This document shows, piece by piece, positions 39,478-52,970 of a stretch of DNA of 64,000 nucleotides. Position numbers and translations under genes: made by a program. This stretch comes from Octopus sinensis. Lineage: Eukaryota. The stretch's first letter is position 1. Each line of letters starts with the position of its first letter. Below the pieces are notes generated by a model, which saw only the letters and a list, made by a program, of their open reading frames with translations, did not search any database and was not told the origin of the DNA. Location of the stretch: NCBI RefSeq assembly GCF_006345805.1, contig NC_043021.1, forward strand, positions 13,764,001 to 13,828,000, read 5' to 3'.

Positions 39478-39670
39478 TCATCATCATCATCATCGTTTAA
39501 CATCCGTTTTCCATGCTAGCATGGGTTGGACGGTTCAGCCGGGGTCTGGGAAGCCAAGAGGCTGCACCAGGCCCCAGTCTTATCTGGCAGTGTTTCTACA
39601 GCTAGATGCCCTTCCTAACGCCAACCACTCTGTGAGTGTAGTTGGTGCTTTTTACGTGCCACCGGCACAG
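39475..39670 (-). mobile_element. Family C element, inverted. Other copies at about 17105-17405(-), 37620-37950(+), 48090-48375(+), 49500-49700(-), 50300-50475(+), 61885-62030(-)
   Basis: catcatcgtttaacatccgttttccatgctagcatgggttggacgg...gatgcccttcctaacgccaaccactc. Confidence 0.8.
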
Positions 39671-40176
39671 GTGATGGTTGTAATATGTTTTTGATAACAT
39701 AATAGAGGTGAGATAGAATGATGTCTATATTACAAATATTACAATAACCAGTAACATGTTGTGCATGTAGAGTAATATTACGATCATGAAATTAGCATTA
39801 GCTTATCTCACACTTTCTCAGGAAACCCCTAGGAAACTTTTGTGGAACCCCGGTTGAGAAACGCTGCTCTAAAGAATGGACTAAACAGGACAGGTGGAGA
39901 CACATGGGATGGAGAGTCACTGAAGAGGTCACAGATTGTGTGAGAAAAGATGTCAAAGGACACAAAAATAAGAACAATAACAAAGCTAAAGTGAAGAATT
40001 ACTATATAGTACATGTGTTTATTTGACACAAAAAAAAAGGCAATCCTGAAATATAACAAAAACTGCTTTTCATTGGCCAATTTATTTTAATTTTGTAGAA
40101 TTGTTAGATTTTTCTTGGTCTAACCTTCTCTTATTGTCATTTTCCTTCATCTGTCTTCATTTCTTTATCATTACAG

Positions 40177-40276
40177 GTTGAAGAGATTCGGCGAATGATC
40201 GACAAAATATCTGACAATGTGGAGGCAGTTAAGAAAAAACATAGTGATATACTATCAGCCCCACAGACTGATGACC
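40177..40276 (+). CDS. STX1: Internal coding exon of syntaxin-1 (Habc domain, helix Ha to Ha-Hb linker); equivalent to STX1A exon 3
   Basis: Polypyrimidine tract plus TTACAG acceptor ends at 40176 and a GTAAGT donor starts at 40277. The 100-nt exon (phase 0 to phase 1) translates [33 protein letters not shown], matching the syntaxin-1 family motif VEEIRxxIDKIxxNVExVKxKHSxILxxPxxD. Confidence 0.95.
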
Positions 40277-40914
40277 GTAAGTCTTCAATATTTATTATTG
40301 CCATATTATTTGTCTATCTTCTTAAATGTCTTGTCTTAATTTTTTTCCATGTGATATTGTTTGTTCTTTAGTGTTTGTTCTTTGTCTCTATCTTTCCTTT
40401 GGTTCTTCTCTTTCACTTTTTATATTCTTGATCTACTGTTTCTTTTGTCTTCTTTTCCCCATATCAAATTGTGTAATACAATGTGTGCAAATAAACTGCC
40501 ATGCTTTCGAAACATTTGCAGCATGTATTGAACTGGTGAATATCTATTCTCTTCATTAATATGTATGTATGTATGTATGTATGTATGTGTGTGTGTATGC
40601 ATGTATGTATGCTATGCACATACACACACACACACACTTCCATTGGTTTATATTGGGCAAATAAGAGGAGTGCTCAATACATGTTGTGGAAGATATGGGT
40701 TTTCTTTTATTGTAAGTGAAATTGCGAGTTTGTCTCAGTACTTGAGTTTCATGCCACTGTGATCTGCAGGTGAGAACTGAAGATCACAGTGACCTGAATC
40801 TTGAATTGTGAGACAAACTCTTCAGTTTCAATAAGACAATTATTTACATATATATGTGTGTGTGTACATGTATGTAAGTGTGCGTGTGTGTGAAAATGAA
40901 ATGTGTGAAGGTGC

Positions 40915-41200
40915 ATGAGTCAGCAGTTAAAACATTGGGCTCACTATCATGAAGTAGTGAGTTCAATTTCTGGACCAGGTTGTGTGTTGTGTTCTTGAGC
41001 AACAGTTGCTCCAGTTCACTCCGCTTTAGAAATGAGTTTAAGCATTACTGGCGCCAAGTTGTATCAGCCTTTCCCTTGGACAATATCAGTGGTGTGAAGA
41101 AGGGAGGCCGGTATGCATGGGCGACTGCTGGTCTTCCATAAACAACCTTGCCTGGACTTGTGCCTCAGAAGGTAACTTTCTAGGTGCAATCCTTTGACTA
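40915..41200 (+). mobile_element. SINE homologous to 63400-63730
   Basis: Shared gaggccggtatgcatggg.gactgctggtcttccataaacaaccttgcc segment. Confidence 0.75.
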
Positions 41201-41499
41201 TAAATGAAATGTGAAATAAACCAAAAATGAAGTGGAAAAAAGGTTGTGTATTCCGGTTGGTGTTAGAATTTGATCCCACATTTCCAGGACACCAGTATTT
41301 TTACCTCATACAACTTATACAGATGTCTTTTAACATAGATGAGAGTCATGTGTTTTCTAGTTCTAGCAACACTTCTTCATTAGTTTTATGTTTTGTCCAA
41401 GATATTCTTAACATTCTTGTATATGTCCACATTTCAAAAGCTTCTAGTTTGTCAGACAGGATTTCCATCAATGTCACTCAAAATCGCTGATGTGGTCGA

Positions 41500-41975
41500 T
41501 GACAGTACCGTCTGATTGGCACTCGTGCCAGTGGCACGTTAAAAGTACATCCGAGCGTGGTTGTTGCCCGGGCCACAGATTGGCTCCTGTGCCAGTGACA
41601 CATGAAAAGCACCATTCAAGCATGGTCGTTGCCAGTGTCGCCTTACCGGCACATGTACCGGTGGCATGTGGAAAACAACATTTGAGCATGGTCGTTGCCA
41701 GTGCCACCGGACTGGCTCCCGTGCAGGTAGCACGTAAAAACACCTTTTGAGCGTGGTCGTTGCCAGAACTGCCTGACTGGCCCTCGTGCTGGTGGCATGT
41801 AAAAAGCACCCACTACATTCTTGGAGTGGTTGGCATTAGGAAGGGCATCCAGCTGTAGAAACCGTGCCAGATCAGATTGAGCCTGGTGCAGCCTCTGATT
41901 CACCAGTCCTCAGTCAAACTGTCCAACTCATGCTAGCATGGAAATAGACGTTAAATGATGATGATGATGATGATC
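41500..41975 (+). mobile_element. SINE-like family C with about 60-bp internal repeats and a (GAT)n tail
   Basis: Five gtggcacgtaaaaagcacc-type subrepeats, then gagtggttggcattaggaagggcatccagctgtagaaac and gacgttaaatgatgatgat. Confidence 0.8.
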
Positions 41976-42618
41976 ACTCACTGCATTATAGTTTAGACCA
42001 GTCCTTGATTTAATCAAATCAGTTTGTTCTGGGTTTTCCTCTTGAGTGTTCATCATTTACTTTTCCTTCTAGCAATAGTCTTTGTATACCTCGTGCTCCT
42101 ATATGTGTGTGTGGAAGGTACATAGCCTAGTGGTTAGGGTGTTGCACTCACGATTGTAAGATCCATATTTCAATCCCCAGACTGGGCGGTGCATCATGTT
42201 ACTCAGTGATCATTTCAACTTCTAATGCGTGGCACGCTTGTACACCTGTACAGAGGATGTTGATTTGGAGGGAGTGAGCTTATGTGCAACGCAAACATTT
42301 GATCAATATAAACAAATCATCTATGTGGTGGATCAGCCAGAAATTAGAAAATCCTCATCCATCATCTAATGCTGGCAGATTTTGTGATGTGTGTGTGTAA
42401 TATAGGTATTTATATCAGCATAATGTATGTGTGTGTGTCTGTATATGTAACATATATATATGTATATTAATATGTTTTATCCAATACATTGAATCTAAGA
42501 AAAATATTTTCTTGCACTAAAGGTTAGAGATTAAATGTAGAGATAACTGGGTTTGAAACTTTGAATTCTTTATTCCAAGTGGTCTAACAAATTTCTATGC
42601 ACTTGTTACTTTACTCAG

Positions 42619-42674
<56 letters not shown>

Positions 42675-44246
42675 ACACAGTATGTATGAATAATATATGT
42701 ATATAGTTGTATATACATCTATCTGAATCTATTTATTTATATGCATGTATGTATTCTATAAGCGTGTGTTTGTATGTGTATAAATGTGTGTGCTTGTATA
42801 TATATACACGTGTGTGTGTATATATATATATATGTATGTATGTATGTATGCATGTCTGTGTGTGCATGTATATACATACACCACACACACACACACATGC
42901 ACACACACACACACACACAAACACATGCACACACAAAAATATATATGTATTTATATAATACCTGTGGGTTACTGAATACAAACCTGAGAAAACATAAAAC
43001 GAGAGACAAAAAAAAAACATCCCCAAAATGTGCAGAGTATCAAAGTGCAGAGTAATATAAAATTCATTGGAAGCTGAAACTTGGCAAAATATGACTCCCA
43101 AGATTCCACTTTCAGTTCTTCTGTATCAGGATTCACTTCAGTGTGAACATCCAACAGCCAACACCTCCACCACACCTGCACTTCACTGTCATACATTCTA
43201 TTGTAAGTGCATATATTTGCACATGTGTGGGCGTTTGTGGGTTAAGCTGGCACTGCAAGAATCCATCCAGGCAGGCTCATTTGGTGAAGAACAAAATGCT
43301 AATCTTCTGTGGTATTCAGTGAATGCACATAGACGTGTGTGTGTGTTTGTATGTATTTATACATATATATGTATATACACACACTAACATATGTATATGT
43401 GTTTGTATATACACACACGTTTGTATATGTGTGTGTGTATATATATGTATATAAGTGAATGTATATACTCACACGTTTGCATATATGGGTGTGTATGGGT
43501 GCGTGTGTGTGTGTGTGTATATATATAGGGACTGGAGTGGTTGTGTAGTAAGAAGCTTGCTTCCCAACCACATGGTTCCGAGTTCAGTCCCACTGCGTGG
43601 CACCTTGGGCAAGTGTCTTCTACTATAGCCTCATGCCGACCAAAGCCTTGTGAGTGGATTTGGTAGATGGAAACTGAAAGAAGCCCTTTGTGTGTGTGTG
43701 TACATGTATGTGTATGTATGTCTATGTGTGTGTGTGTGTATATATATATATACACACACATACATGTGTATGTGTATATATATATACACACACGTTTGTA
43801 TGTATATATATATATATATATATGTGTGTTTGTGTGTCAGTAAAATGCATTATATTGGTGTTTTAATTTGTGTTCATTAGTATTAAAGCACTCAATATAG
43901 ATATATATTTGTTGTAAAGTATTCTGGTTCTTTCATGTATGTGTTTATATCATATTGTAAGGACATGCACAGATATACCCAGAACCATATATCTTGTGTG
44001 TGTGTGTCCACACACATGCACCCTTGTACATATATATTTACATGCGCGCTTGTGTGTTTGTGTGTATGTATATATATATATATATATACACACACATGCC
44101 TGTGTACATGTGTGTATGTATCTGTATGTATGCAAATATTTGCATGTATTTGTGAATGAGCTTATGCTTATATGAGTGGTGTTTTAAATATATATATACC
44201 TGTTTGTGTGTTTGTATATAAATATATATATACATACATACAATCA

Positions 44247-44288
<42 letters not shown>

Positions 44289-45059
44289 CACACAAACGTT
44301 TATATGTGTGTATAAATATAAGCATACATACATACATACATACATATATATATATACATACTTACATATACATACATACATACATTACATACACACACAC
44401 ACACACACACACACATATGAAGCTGTGTGAGCAGAATCAGTGCAAGAGGCACCGTATCTCTTTAAAGAGAATACTGAGAGGCCTTTGTGTCTAGTATTTT
44501 CCCTAAACACTTGAAGGCAGCTCGGTTTTGTTGAGTTAGATCTTTTGTTGAAGCTCCATCTGTCTTTTGTTGCTGCCAGAATATCTTAATGTCTGCTGCC
44601 GCTGCCGCTGCTGCTGTCACTTGCAATCAATACACTCCTATAAACCGACTGATGCTATCAAATGATCAACACAACTGTTTTTATTACTAACTCCACTGCT
44701 GCTGCTGCTGTTCTCATCTTTTCTTCTACACTTCTACGGCTGCACTACTGCCCTACTATTGTACTTTACCATTTTGCTGTACTCTTACCACACTGCTCTC
44801 CTGCTGCTGTACTTTTATAGCATTCTACACAACTGCTGTTACCCCGCTGCTGTACAACTTTTTGTGTTCTGTTACCTTACTGCCTTACTATTACTATAAT
44901 CTGTTACTGTCCTGTCCCACTATTACTCTGCTCTATTACTGTACTGCCTTACTATAAGCTGTGTTCTATTTCTGTACTGCCTTGCTCTTATTGTTTTCTA
45001 TTTCTCTACTGCTTTACTATTACTGTTCTGCTATTACTTTCCTGCCTTATTACCACTAT

Positions 45060-46040
45060 ATTCTTTTCTACTTTAGGCACAAGGCCTGAAATTTTTGGGG
45101 AGGGGGCCAGTTGATTAGATCGGCCCTAGTACGCAACTGATACTTAATTTATTGACCCCTGAAAGGATGAAAGGCAAAGTTGAACTATCATTATATTGCC
45201 TTGCTTCTGAGGTTTATATATTTGACTTTCTGGTCTCCCCCCAAATATACAGCTTTGTGCCTTACTACTGCTACTGCTATTATTATTATCATTATTATTA
45301 TTGAGTGTGGCATTTCATCCAACATACTGAGTTGAAATTCTGACAAGGTCAACTTTGCCTTTCTTCCTTTTGTGGTGGGGTGGGTCAATGAATCAAGTAC
45401 CAGTTACACACTGGAGTCAGTGTAATTGACTAACCCTCCCACCCAAAATTTCAGGTTTTGTGCCTATTATAGAAAGGATTATTTCTATTATTATTATTAT
45501 TATTATTATTATTGTGGCATTTAACCCATCACTACATTCTGAGTTCAAATTCCATCAGGGTCGACTTTGCCTTTCATCCTTTCGGGGTTGATAAATTAAG
45601 TACCAGTTGAGTATCAGGATCGATGTAATCAACTTACACCTCCCCGAAATTGCTGGCCTTGTGTCAAAATTTGAAATCATTATTATTAAAGCAACAAGTT
45701 GGCAGAACTGTTAGCATGCTGGACCAAATACTGAGAGGCATTTCGTCCATCTTTGCATTCAGAGCTCAAATTCTGCCAAAGAGGGCTCTGCCTTTCACCC
45801 TTTTGTGGTCGATGTAACTGACTTACCTCCTCCCTCAAAATTGTTGGCCTTGTGCTAAAATTTAAAACCATTGTCTGAAACCAGTAGAATTGTTAGCACA
45901 GTGAGCAAATTGCTTAGTGACTTTTCTTCCAGTTTTACATTCCAAGTTCAAATTCTGTTGAGGCCGACTTTGCCTTTTACCCTTTCAGGGTCAATAAAAT
46001 AAGTACTAGCTTAGCACTGGGGTCGATCTAATCGACTTTT
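45060..46040. mobile_element. Cluster of five family B SINE copies (one minus, four plus). Others at about 26600-26860, 31050-31230, 34085-34300, 37080-37380, 58745-59045, 63770-64000
   Basis: Repeated gagttcaaattc...gactttgcctttcatcct motifs. Confidence 0.75.
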
Positions 46041-47513
46041 AAAAATGATGGTCAATGCCAGTAGCAATTACCTGTCCTCCATCTCCTCCCCCCCTGTTAC
46101 TGTTTTATCTTTGACCCTCACTTTTTACACATCTATGCCTGCCTTATGAGATATGGATACTATGATGATAATCTGGCTTCCACACCAGCCATCATCTTGC
46201 AGAATAACTGTTTATTGTCAATCGTAGGTTATTGACAGTTTTAATGTTTGTCATGAATATTTGATTCATCGCAAATCACATCTTATCACAAATATAGCTA
46301 ATATATTACTTAAGTATATAAATCAATATATGTGTGTGTGTGTTTACATTTATGTTTGTATGTATGTATGTATATCAATATATATATATATGTGTGTATA
46401 TGTCATTGACTTGTATAATATGCTTGTGTATATAAATGCATAATATATACGTATATTATGTGTACACACATTCATAATATATGTGCATCTCTCTCTTTTC
46501 CTCTTTCTCCTCTCCTTCTCTTTATATATATATATATATATATACATTTATATATATCCAGGTGCAAATAGACCATCTGTTAGAGACAGACAACTGAGGC
46601 TATATTTATGCTTACACATGTGCATTCTTTGTATTCACTTGGGAACAGGAGAGGGTAGCACTCAATGACCCCTCCTCCCATGACCCCATTTGCCATTCCT
46701 TCCGGAATGGCTGACATTGATGTCGTTGATATTTAGCTTTAAATTCTGGGAGGTTGATGCCATCATCGTCATCGTTGTCGTCGTCACCATCACCATTATG
46801 TTTCAACATCCAGTTTTCCATGCTTGCTTGGGTGCCAGACAGAATTTGCTTAGGCAGGTTCTCTTACAGCCTGGTGCACTTCCTGTCACCAACAGCTCAC
46901 CTATTTCCTAGCAAGGTGATATTTCTGGGTGAAGGACACCACTTGCATGCTGGTGACATTTGTTTCCAACTATCATGTGATGTCAAGGCAAGGACACACA
47001 CATACACTATCTCTCTCTCTCTGTGAATAACTGATATGGAAGACAGAGCATGCTGGAAACTTTTTTTATCACAACAATTATTTTGGTATAATTCTGCACT
47101 GCTCCCTAGTGGATAGGGAACAGTATAATGGATTCCAATGCACCCCACAGTGCAGAAGTGCCTCATCAGATGACATAATTCCAAGTTACATAAGTGATAT
47201 TTCACTGATAGGCTTACCTAGATGATTTTTGGTAGTAGTCGCACCTCAAATACATTGATGATGCATGAAGAATGCCTATAGCATTGTGTATATACTTTGA
47301 CTCTTTTACTTGTTTCAGTCATTTGACTCTGGCCATGCCGGAACACTGCCTTAAAAAGGTTTTAGTAGAAGAAACTGACCCTAGGACTTATTCTTTGTAA
47401 GCCTAGTACTTATTCTACCAGCCTCTTTTGCTGAGCTGCTAAGTTATGGGGACATAAACACGCCATCATCAGTTGTCGAGTGATGGTGGAGGGACAAACA
47501 CAGTCACACACGC

Positions 47514-47550
<37 letters not shown>

Positions 47551-47553
<3 letters not shown>

Positions 47554-48090
47554 ATCGAAATCGAAACCGAATGAACCAGCCAGGATCCCTGGCCTGGTGG
47601 TACGTAAAAGCACTATCCGACTCGGGGCCGTGGCACGTAAAATACTCCATGCGACCGTACGACAGGCACCCTGCCAACCCCCTTTGCTTGTGAAGACATG
47701 TTTGGGCAAGCGAATCGAATCGAATTGACCAGCCAGGATCCCTGGTCTGGTGGTACGTAAAGCACTATCCGACTCGTGCCGTGGCACGTAAAAATCCTCC
47801 AATGACCGTACGACAGGCACCCTTCCAACCCCCTTTGCTTGTGAAGACATGTTGGGGCAAGCGAAATCGAAATCGATTGAACCAGCCAGTATCCCTGTCT
47901 GGTGGTACGTAAAGCACTATCCGACTCGTGGCCGTGGCACGTAAAATACTCCAATTGCGACCGTACGACAGGCACCCTTGCCAACCCCCTTTGCTTGTGA
48001 AGACATGTGGGGCAAGCGAAATCGAAATCGAATTGAACCAGCCAGGATCCCTGGTCTGGTGGTACGTAAAAAGCACTATCCGACTCGTGG
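47551..48090 (+). repeat. Tandem array of about 3.5 units of 151-160 bp fused to a family C element
   Basis: Units start at 47551, 47711, 47862 and 48017 (cgaa(a)tcgaa...ccagccaggatccctgg...gacatg..ggggcaag). Confidence 0.9.
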
Positions 48091-49769
48091 CGTGCCATCA
48101 GCACCGCCTCGACTGGCTTCCGTGCCGGTGGCACATAAAATACACCAATCTGACCGTGGCCGTTGCCAGCCCCGCCTGGCACCTGTGCAGGTGGCACGTA
48201 AAAAGCACCCACTACACTCACGGAGTGGTTGGCGTTAGGAAGGGCATCCAGCCTGTAGAACATTGCCAAATTAGACTGGAGCCTGTTGCAGCCTTCTGGC
48301 TTCCCAGAACCCCCGTCGAACCGTCCAACCCATGCTAGCATGGAGAACGGACGTTAAACGACGATGATGATGATGATATATATATATATATATATATAAT
48401 ATATATATATATATAATATATATATATATATATGTCTGCGTGTGTCTCTAAACTTCTTTGTCTATATATATATATATATCTTTTTATTTGTTTCAGTCAT
48501 TTGAACTGTGCCCAAGCTTGAAAGGTTTAGTCAAATAAGCTAATTCCAGTCCTTGTACTGCTTTAAAGTTTGGTTCTTATTCTGTCAGTCTCTTTTGTTG
48601 AACTGCTAGGTTACGGGTATATAAACAAACACTGGTCGTCAAATGGTGGTGGTGGTGGGGTCAAACATACATGCATAGACACACGCATACCATCATCATA
48701 CGTCTACTTTCCATACTGGCATGGACAGTTTGATAGGGAACCTGTGAGGTGCAGGGTTGCATCGAGACCCTTTGTTATCTTTGGCATGGTTCCTACAGCT
48801 AGATGCTCTTCACAATGCCAACCACTTTACAGAGTGTATTGAGTGCTTCTGCTTTTTTTTTTGTGCTACCAGCACTAGTGAGGATTCTATGTATTTTGCA
48901 AGACAAGATGGGCTTCCACACAGTTTCTATCTATCAAATTCACTCACAATGGGAGTGAACTGAGAACCATGTGGTTGGGAAGCAAACATCTTACCACAGA
49001 ACCATGCCTGTGTCCTTCTCTTTCTCTCTCTCTCTCTCTCTTTCTCTCCATGTGTGTGTGTGTATGTTTGTATACACACACACACACACACATGTGTATA
49101 GAGTAAGTGGGCAGGATATAAAGAAACCATAAACAAAATACAATGAAATCTAAAGGAAAGAAAGATTTTATTTATTTTATTTATATTTATTTATTCTTGG
49201 TTGTATTTTCACTGAAAGCATTTGTAAAGTTTTATAGTTTGTTTGTAGAAATCTGTGTGTGTGTGTGTGTGTGTAGGTTATAGGTGGCATGTGTTGTCTA
49301 CCAACAGATAATCGATTAAAACTACTGATATGAACAGTAATGGCATATTTATTGTCCATTGATGCTGTTGTTGCTGTTGTCGGGAACTTATGACAAATCA
49401 CTGGCAGAATTTAGAAAAGGCAGCGAACTAGTTGAATCGTTAACACAACAGAGAAAATGCTGAGTAGCATTTCTCATGGCTTTATGTTCATCATCATCAT
49501 CATCATCACCGTCTTCGTCATCATTTAACGTCCATTTTCCATGCTGGCATGTGTTGGCAGATTTGACCAGAGCTGGCGAGCTGCACCAAGCTCCAGTTTG
49601 ATTTGGCATGGTTTCTATGGCTGGATGCCCTTCCTAATACCAACCACTTTATGGAGGATGCTGGGTGCTTTTTACATGGCACCGACACAGGACTCTTGCC
49701 GGCCAAACCTCTTCGCCAGGCGGAGTGGCCATAACACTTCTGCTGTGGAGTACAGCAAGGCACCAGGTA

Positions 49770-50000
49770 TCTAGGGTCCTGTGTCATCTTGTCTGAAAGA
49801 TTCAGTGTCCTTCAGTACTTCTGGCTTTATGCACCAGTCTAGCAGGGAGGGATGGATTGGCAGCTTTGTTAGGGCATTGGACAGGGTGCCTTGTGATATC
49901 TGCTCCAGTTGTCTGGAGTTCAAATCCTTTGCTGTCATTGAAAAGCAGTGATATGTCTGGCAGGGCTTACAACTGATAGAAAATATCCATAATCTGCAAA
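49770..50000 (-). mobile_element. Degenerate RTE LINE tail fragment
   Basis: The minus strand resembles the terminal W.EV.K.DL..L...EMT.DR..W region. Confidence 0.4.
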
Positions 50001-51177
50001 AACGATCAGAAACATAGTTTCTGCAACTGACTCAGAGACTCAGCTTCCACCATTAGAATTGACATCATCATCATTGTTTAATGTCTGTCTTCCATCTCAT
50101 CACCAATTTCTATATTCACTCCCTCCAACCCTCTCGTAAAACATGGAGTAGTCGTGTAGCTTCTCCTTGTCCTGCTCTGGCCCTTTTCTCTCGTAATTTA
50201 CCCATCTCTACCCCTTTTTCTCCAATAAATGAAGTTTCCCCCTTTCCATTTAAGGATTGTATATTTGCAAGCTGCATCATGATCTCGCTTGTACTAGTCA
50301 CATGAAAAAAAGCACCCAGTACACTCTGTTAAGTGGTTGGCATTAGGGAGGGTACCCAGCTGTAGAAACCATGTCCAAGCAGAAGCTGGAACATGATGCA
50401 GTCCTTGGGCCCCTTAGATCCTATCAAACTGTGCAACCACTTCCATCATGGAACAGGGACTTCAAATGATGATGATGAATATGTCTTATATTATTTTTTG
50501 ATTTTTTTCTGTCAAGACAACATGACTCAAGAGAATTTGGTTGATATCTCTAGCGCAATGGGTGGGCAATTTCTTAGAGGCTCGGTTGTTAGCTTAAGTG
50601 ATGGGGTTAGTTAAGTAGTTTTTGTGTGTTAATAAGAGAGGGTGTGAGGGTGGAAGAGAGAGAGAGAGGAGAGAGAGTGTGTGAAAGAGAAAGAAGGGGG
50701 ATAGAGAGGAAGAGAGTTGTGTGGTGCATGTACGAGAGGAGAAATAATGGGAGGTGTTGTGTAACTGGGAGGGTTGTGTAACTGTGATATGATGAGACTA
50801 AAACAGACTGTACATCATCCTCATCACCACAGCAGATGGTTTGCTTAGGTTGCTTTGATAACATGTCCTTTCTCCTCATCACAATTGTTTCTTGCTTGTT
50901 CAGTTCATGAGGTCGAGCAACTTGAGATCTGATCTTGTTCTTTGTTCCCCCATCTTCCTTGGTCTTCTTTTTTTCCTCCAACCCCCGCCACACATGCACG
51001 CATACATGTTTAACTATGTTCTCTTTAGCAGCGTACTTCTTTCGATACATGCATCCATCTATATCTACCTGCCCGTCTGTCTGTCTGTCTTTCTTCTTTC
51101 TATCTATTTATCCATTTGTGTGTGTGCATGTTTGTGTTTCTGTGAATATGCTTGTGTGTGTATATATCTATCTGTCT

Positions 51178-51209
<32 letters not shown>

Positions 51210-51356
51210 ATATATGCATGTTTATAAATGTATGTGTGTATATATATATATATATCATGTGTATGTCTGTCTGTCCATCCATCCATCCATCTGTTTATCT
51301 ATCCATCCATCCATCCATCCATCCCTCTCTCTCTCTCTCTCCTCCATGCATGCATG

Positions 51357-52186
51357 CAGGGTGCAGTGAATAAACTGTTGTCAAAATTACACAAAAATGA
51401 AAATAACACTGACATCTCATTTTAATAGATATATTTACCAAAATTGCATAAGAATATCTTGAAATACTAAAGAGTAAATTTATTCAATAAAATCGCCATT
51501 TGCTCCAACAACAGCCTCCAGACAACTTTGAAATCTCCTGCAGCTCTTCTGCATGGTCTCCTTGTTTAAGTTAGTGAATGCCTGCCATAATCCTTGCCTT
51601 CAGTTCATCTTTGGTGTTACAAGGTCTTGCTCAACTGTGCCTCACACATAATAATCATGGAGGTTGCAGTCTGGAGAGTTGGTTGATATTAGGGATGACG
51701 TGGTTGCAGAAATTGTCTGACAGCTATGACTGGATTCTCCTGCTTGTGTGGCATGTTGCAGAGTCCTGTTGCCAGACATAGAATTTTCCAGTAGCCACCC
51801 TCTTGACCCAGGGCAGCACTGCCTCCTCCAGGCACTTGATGTAGGCCTCCGTGTTGAGTCTGAGGCTGTGTGCGAAGATGAATCGAGGCATAACGTTGCC
51901 ATCACTAGTGATCACCCCAAACACCATGATGTTTACTGGATGTTTGATTTTTATCCCTTTCAGTACACATCCTCAGATTGACACCCAAACACTCTGAAAT
52001 GTTTGTATTGCAGCTTCTGGTGTAAATGCCAAGCAGTACAGCATATCATTTCTAAATTTCTGGCTGTGTTGTTTTTCTTACAGACAGTGTCCAACTGACC
52101 CTACTATACTGTGTAGTCAACACACAAACAAACAATGCACATGCGCAAAAAATGTAAAACGGCAACAATTTACCCATCGCACTTTG
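51357..52186 (-). mobile_element. Internally deleted Tc1/mariner element of the DD37D (maT/Bmmar1-like) group; transposase pseudogene about 51480-51960
   Basis: Minus-strand peptides MVFGVITSDGNVMPRFIF...YVWQQDSATCHTSRR, NSPDCNLHDYYV and CRRFQSCLEAVVGANGDFIE*. 26-bp imperfect TIRs (CAGGGTGCAGTGAATAAACTGTTGTC / GGCAACAATTTACCCATCGCACTTTG, 18/26 matches) with TA on the right. Confidence 0.9.
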
Positions 52187-52573
52187 TATCTTACTCACTC
52201 ACACATAGGATCTCTATAAAGCCCTTAAATGCAATTCTAAATTTCTCTTAACTTTAGAAATTACCAGGGGTATTGCCAACTGGATACTAGCTGGAGCTTG
52301 ATAAAACCCTGGCTGGGTTGCCAGAGTGAGGCTGTTTTATCTTGAGAGACCCAAAACACCTAATGACTCTTGGTAGCACCACTGTCGATGTGTCCAGTTG
52401 CACCACAGGACAATGTAAAGAAGTAGTTCCACATAAATGCTAGAATTCATTTTTTAAGCTTGATACTTATTCAGTCGTTTTCTCACTAAGTTATGGTGAC
52501 ATAAACAAACCAACACTGGTTGTCAAGCGGTAGGAAGGAACAGACACCCACACAAACACACTGATATCTTTAG

Positions 52574-52607
<34 letters not shown>

Positions 52608-52814
52608 TACAGGCTTCTTTCAGTTTCTGTCTACCAAATCAATTCACAGGGCTTTGGTCAGGTTGAGGTTATAGTAGAAGACAGCTGTGCAGTGTGCCAT
52701 GCAGTGGGACTGAACCTGGAACCATTTGGGAGTAAAGTTAAAGAAATGTTAAAAATTGCTCAAGGTCTATATAAAGGCCCTGTGTATATGCGTGTATATG
52801 TATAATTATGTGTG

Positions 52815-52868
<54 letters not shown>

Positions 52869-52908
52869 GTGTATACAAGTGTGTATATAATGGGCGTGTG
52901 TGTGTATG

Positions 52909-52945
<37 letters not shown>

Positions 52946-52970
52946 GTATATATGCATGTATGCATATGTA

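Noticed and set aside
39915-39965. CTGAAGA...GAAA spacing resembling a hammerhead
   Set aside because: The stem II closing pair, stem III and stem I do not form.
41500-41820. CRISPR-like repeat-spacer appearance (GTGGCACGTAAAAAGCACC)
   Set aside because: The spacers are homologous to each other, the context is a eukaryotic SINE and there are no cas genes.
51945-51980. Minus-strand CTGAGGA...GAAA
   Set aside because: Lies within the maT transposase coding remnant and no stems form; coincidental.
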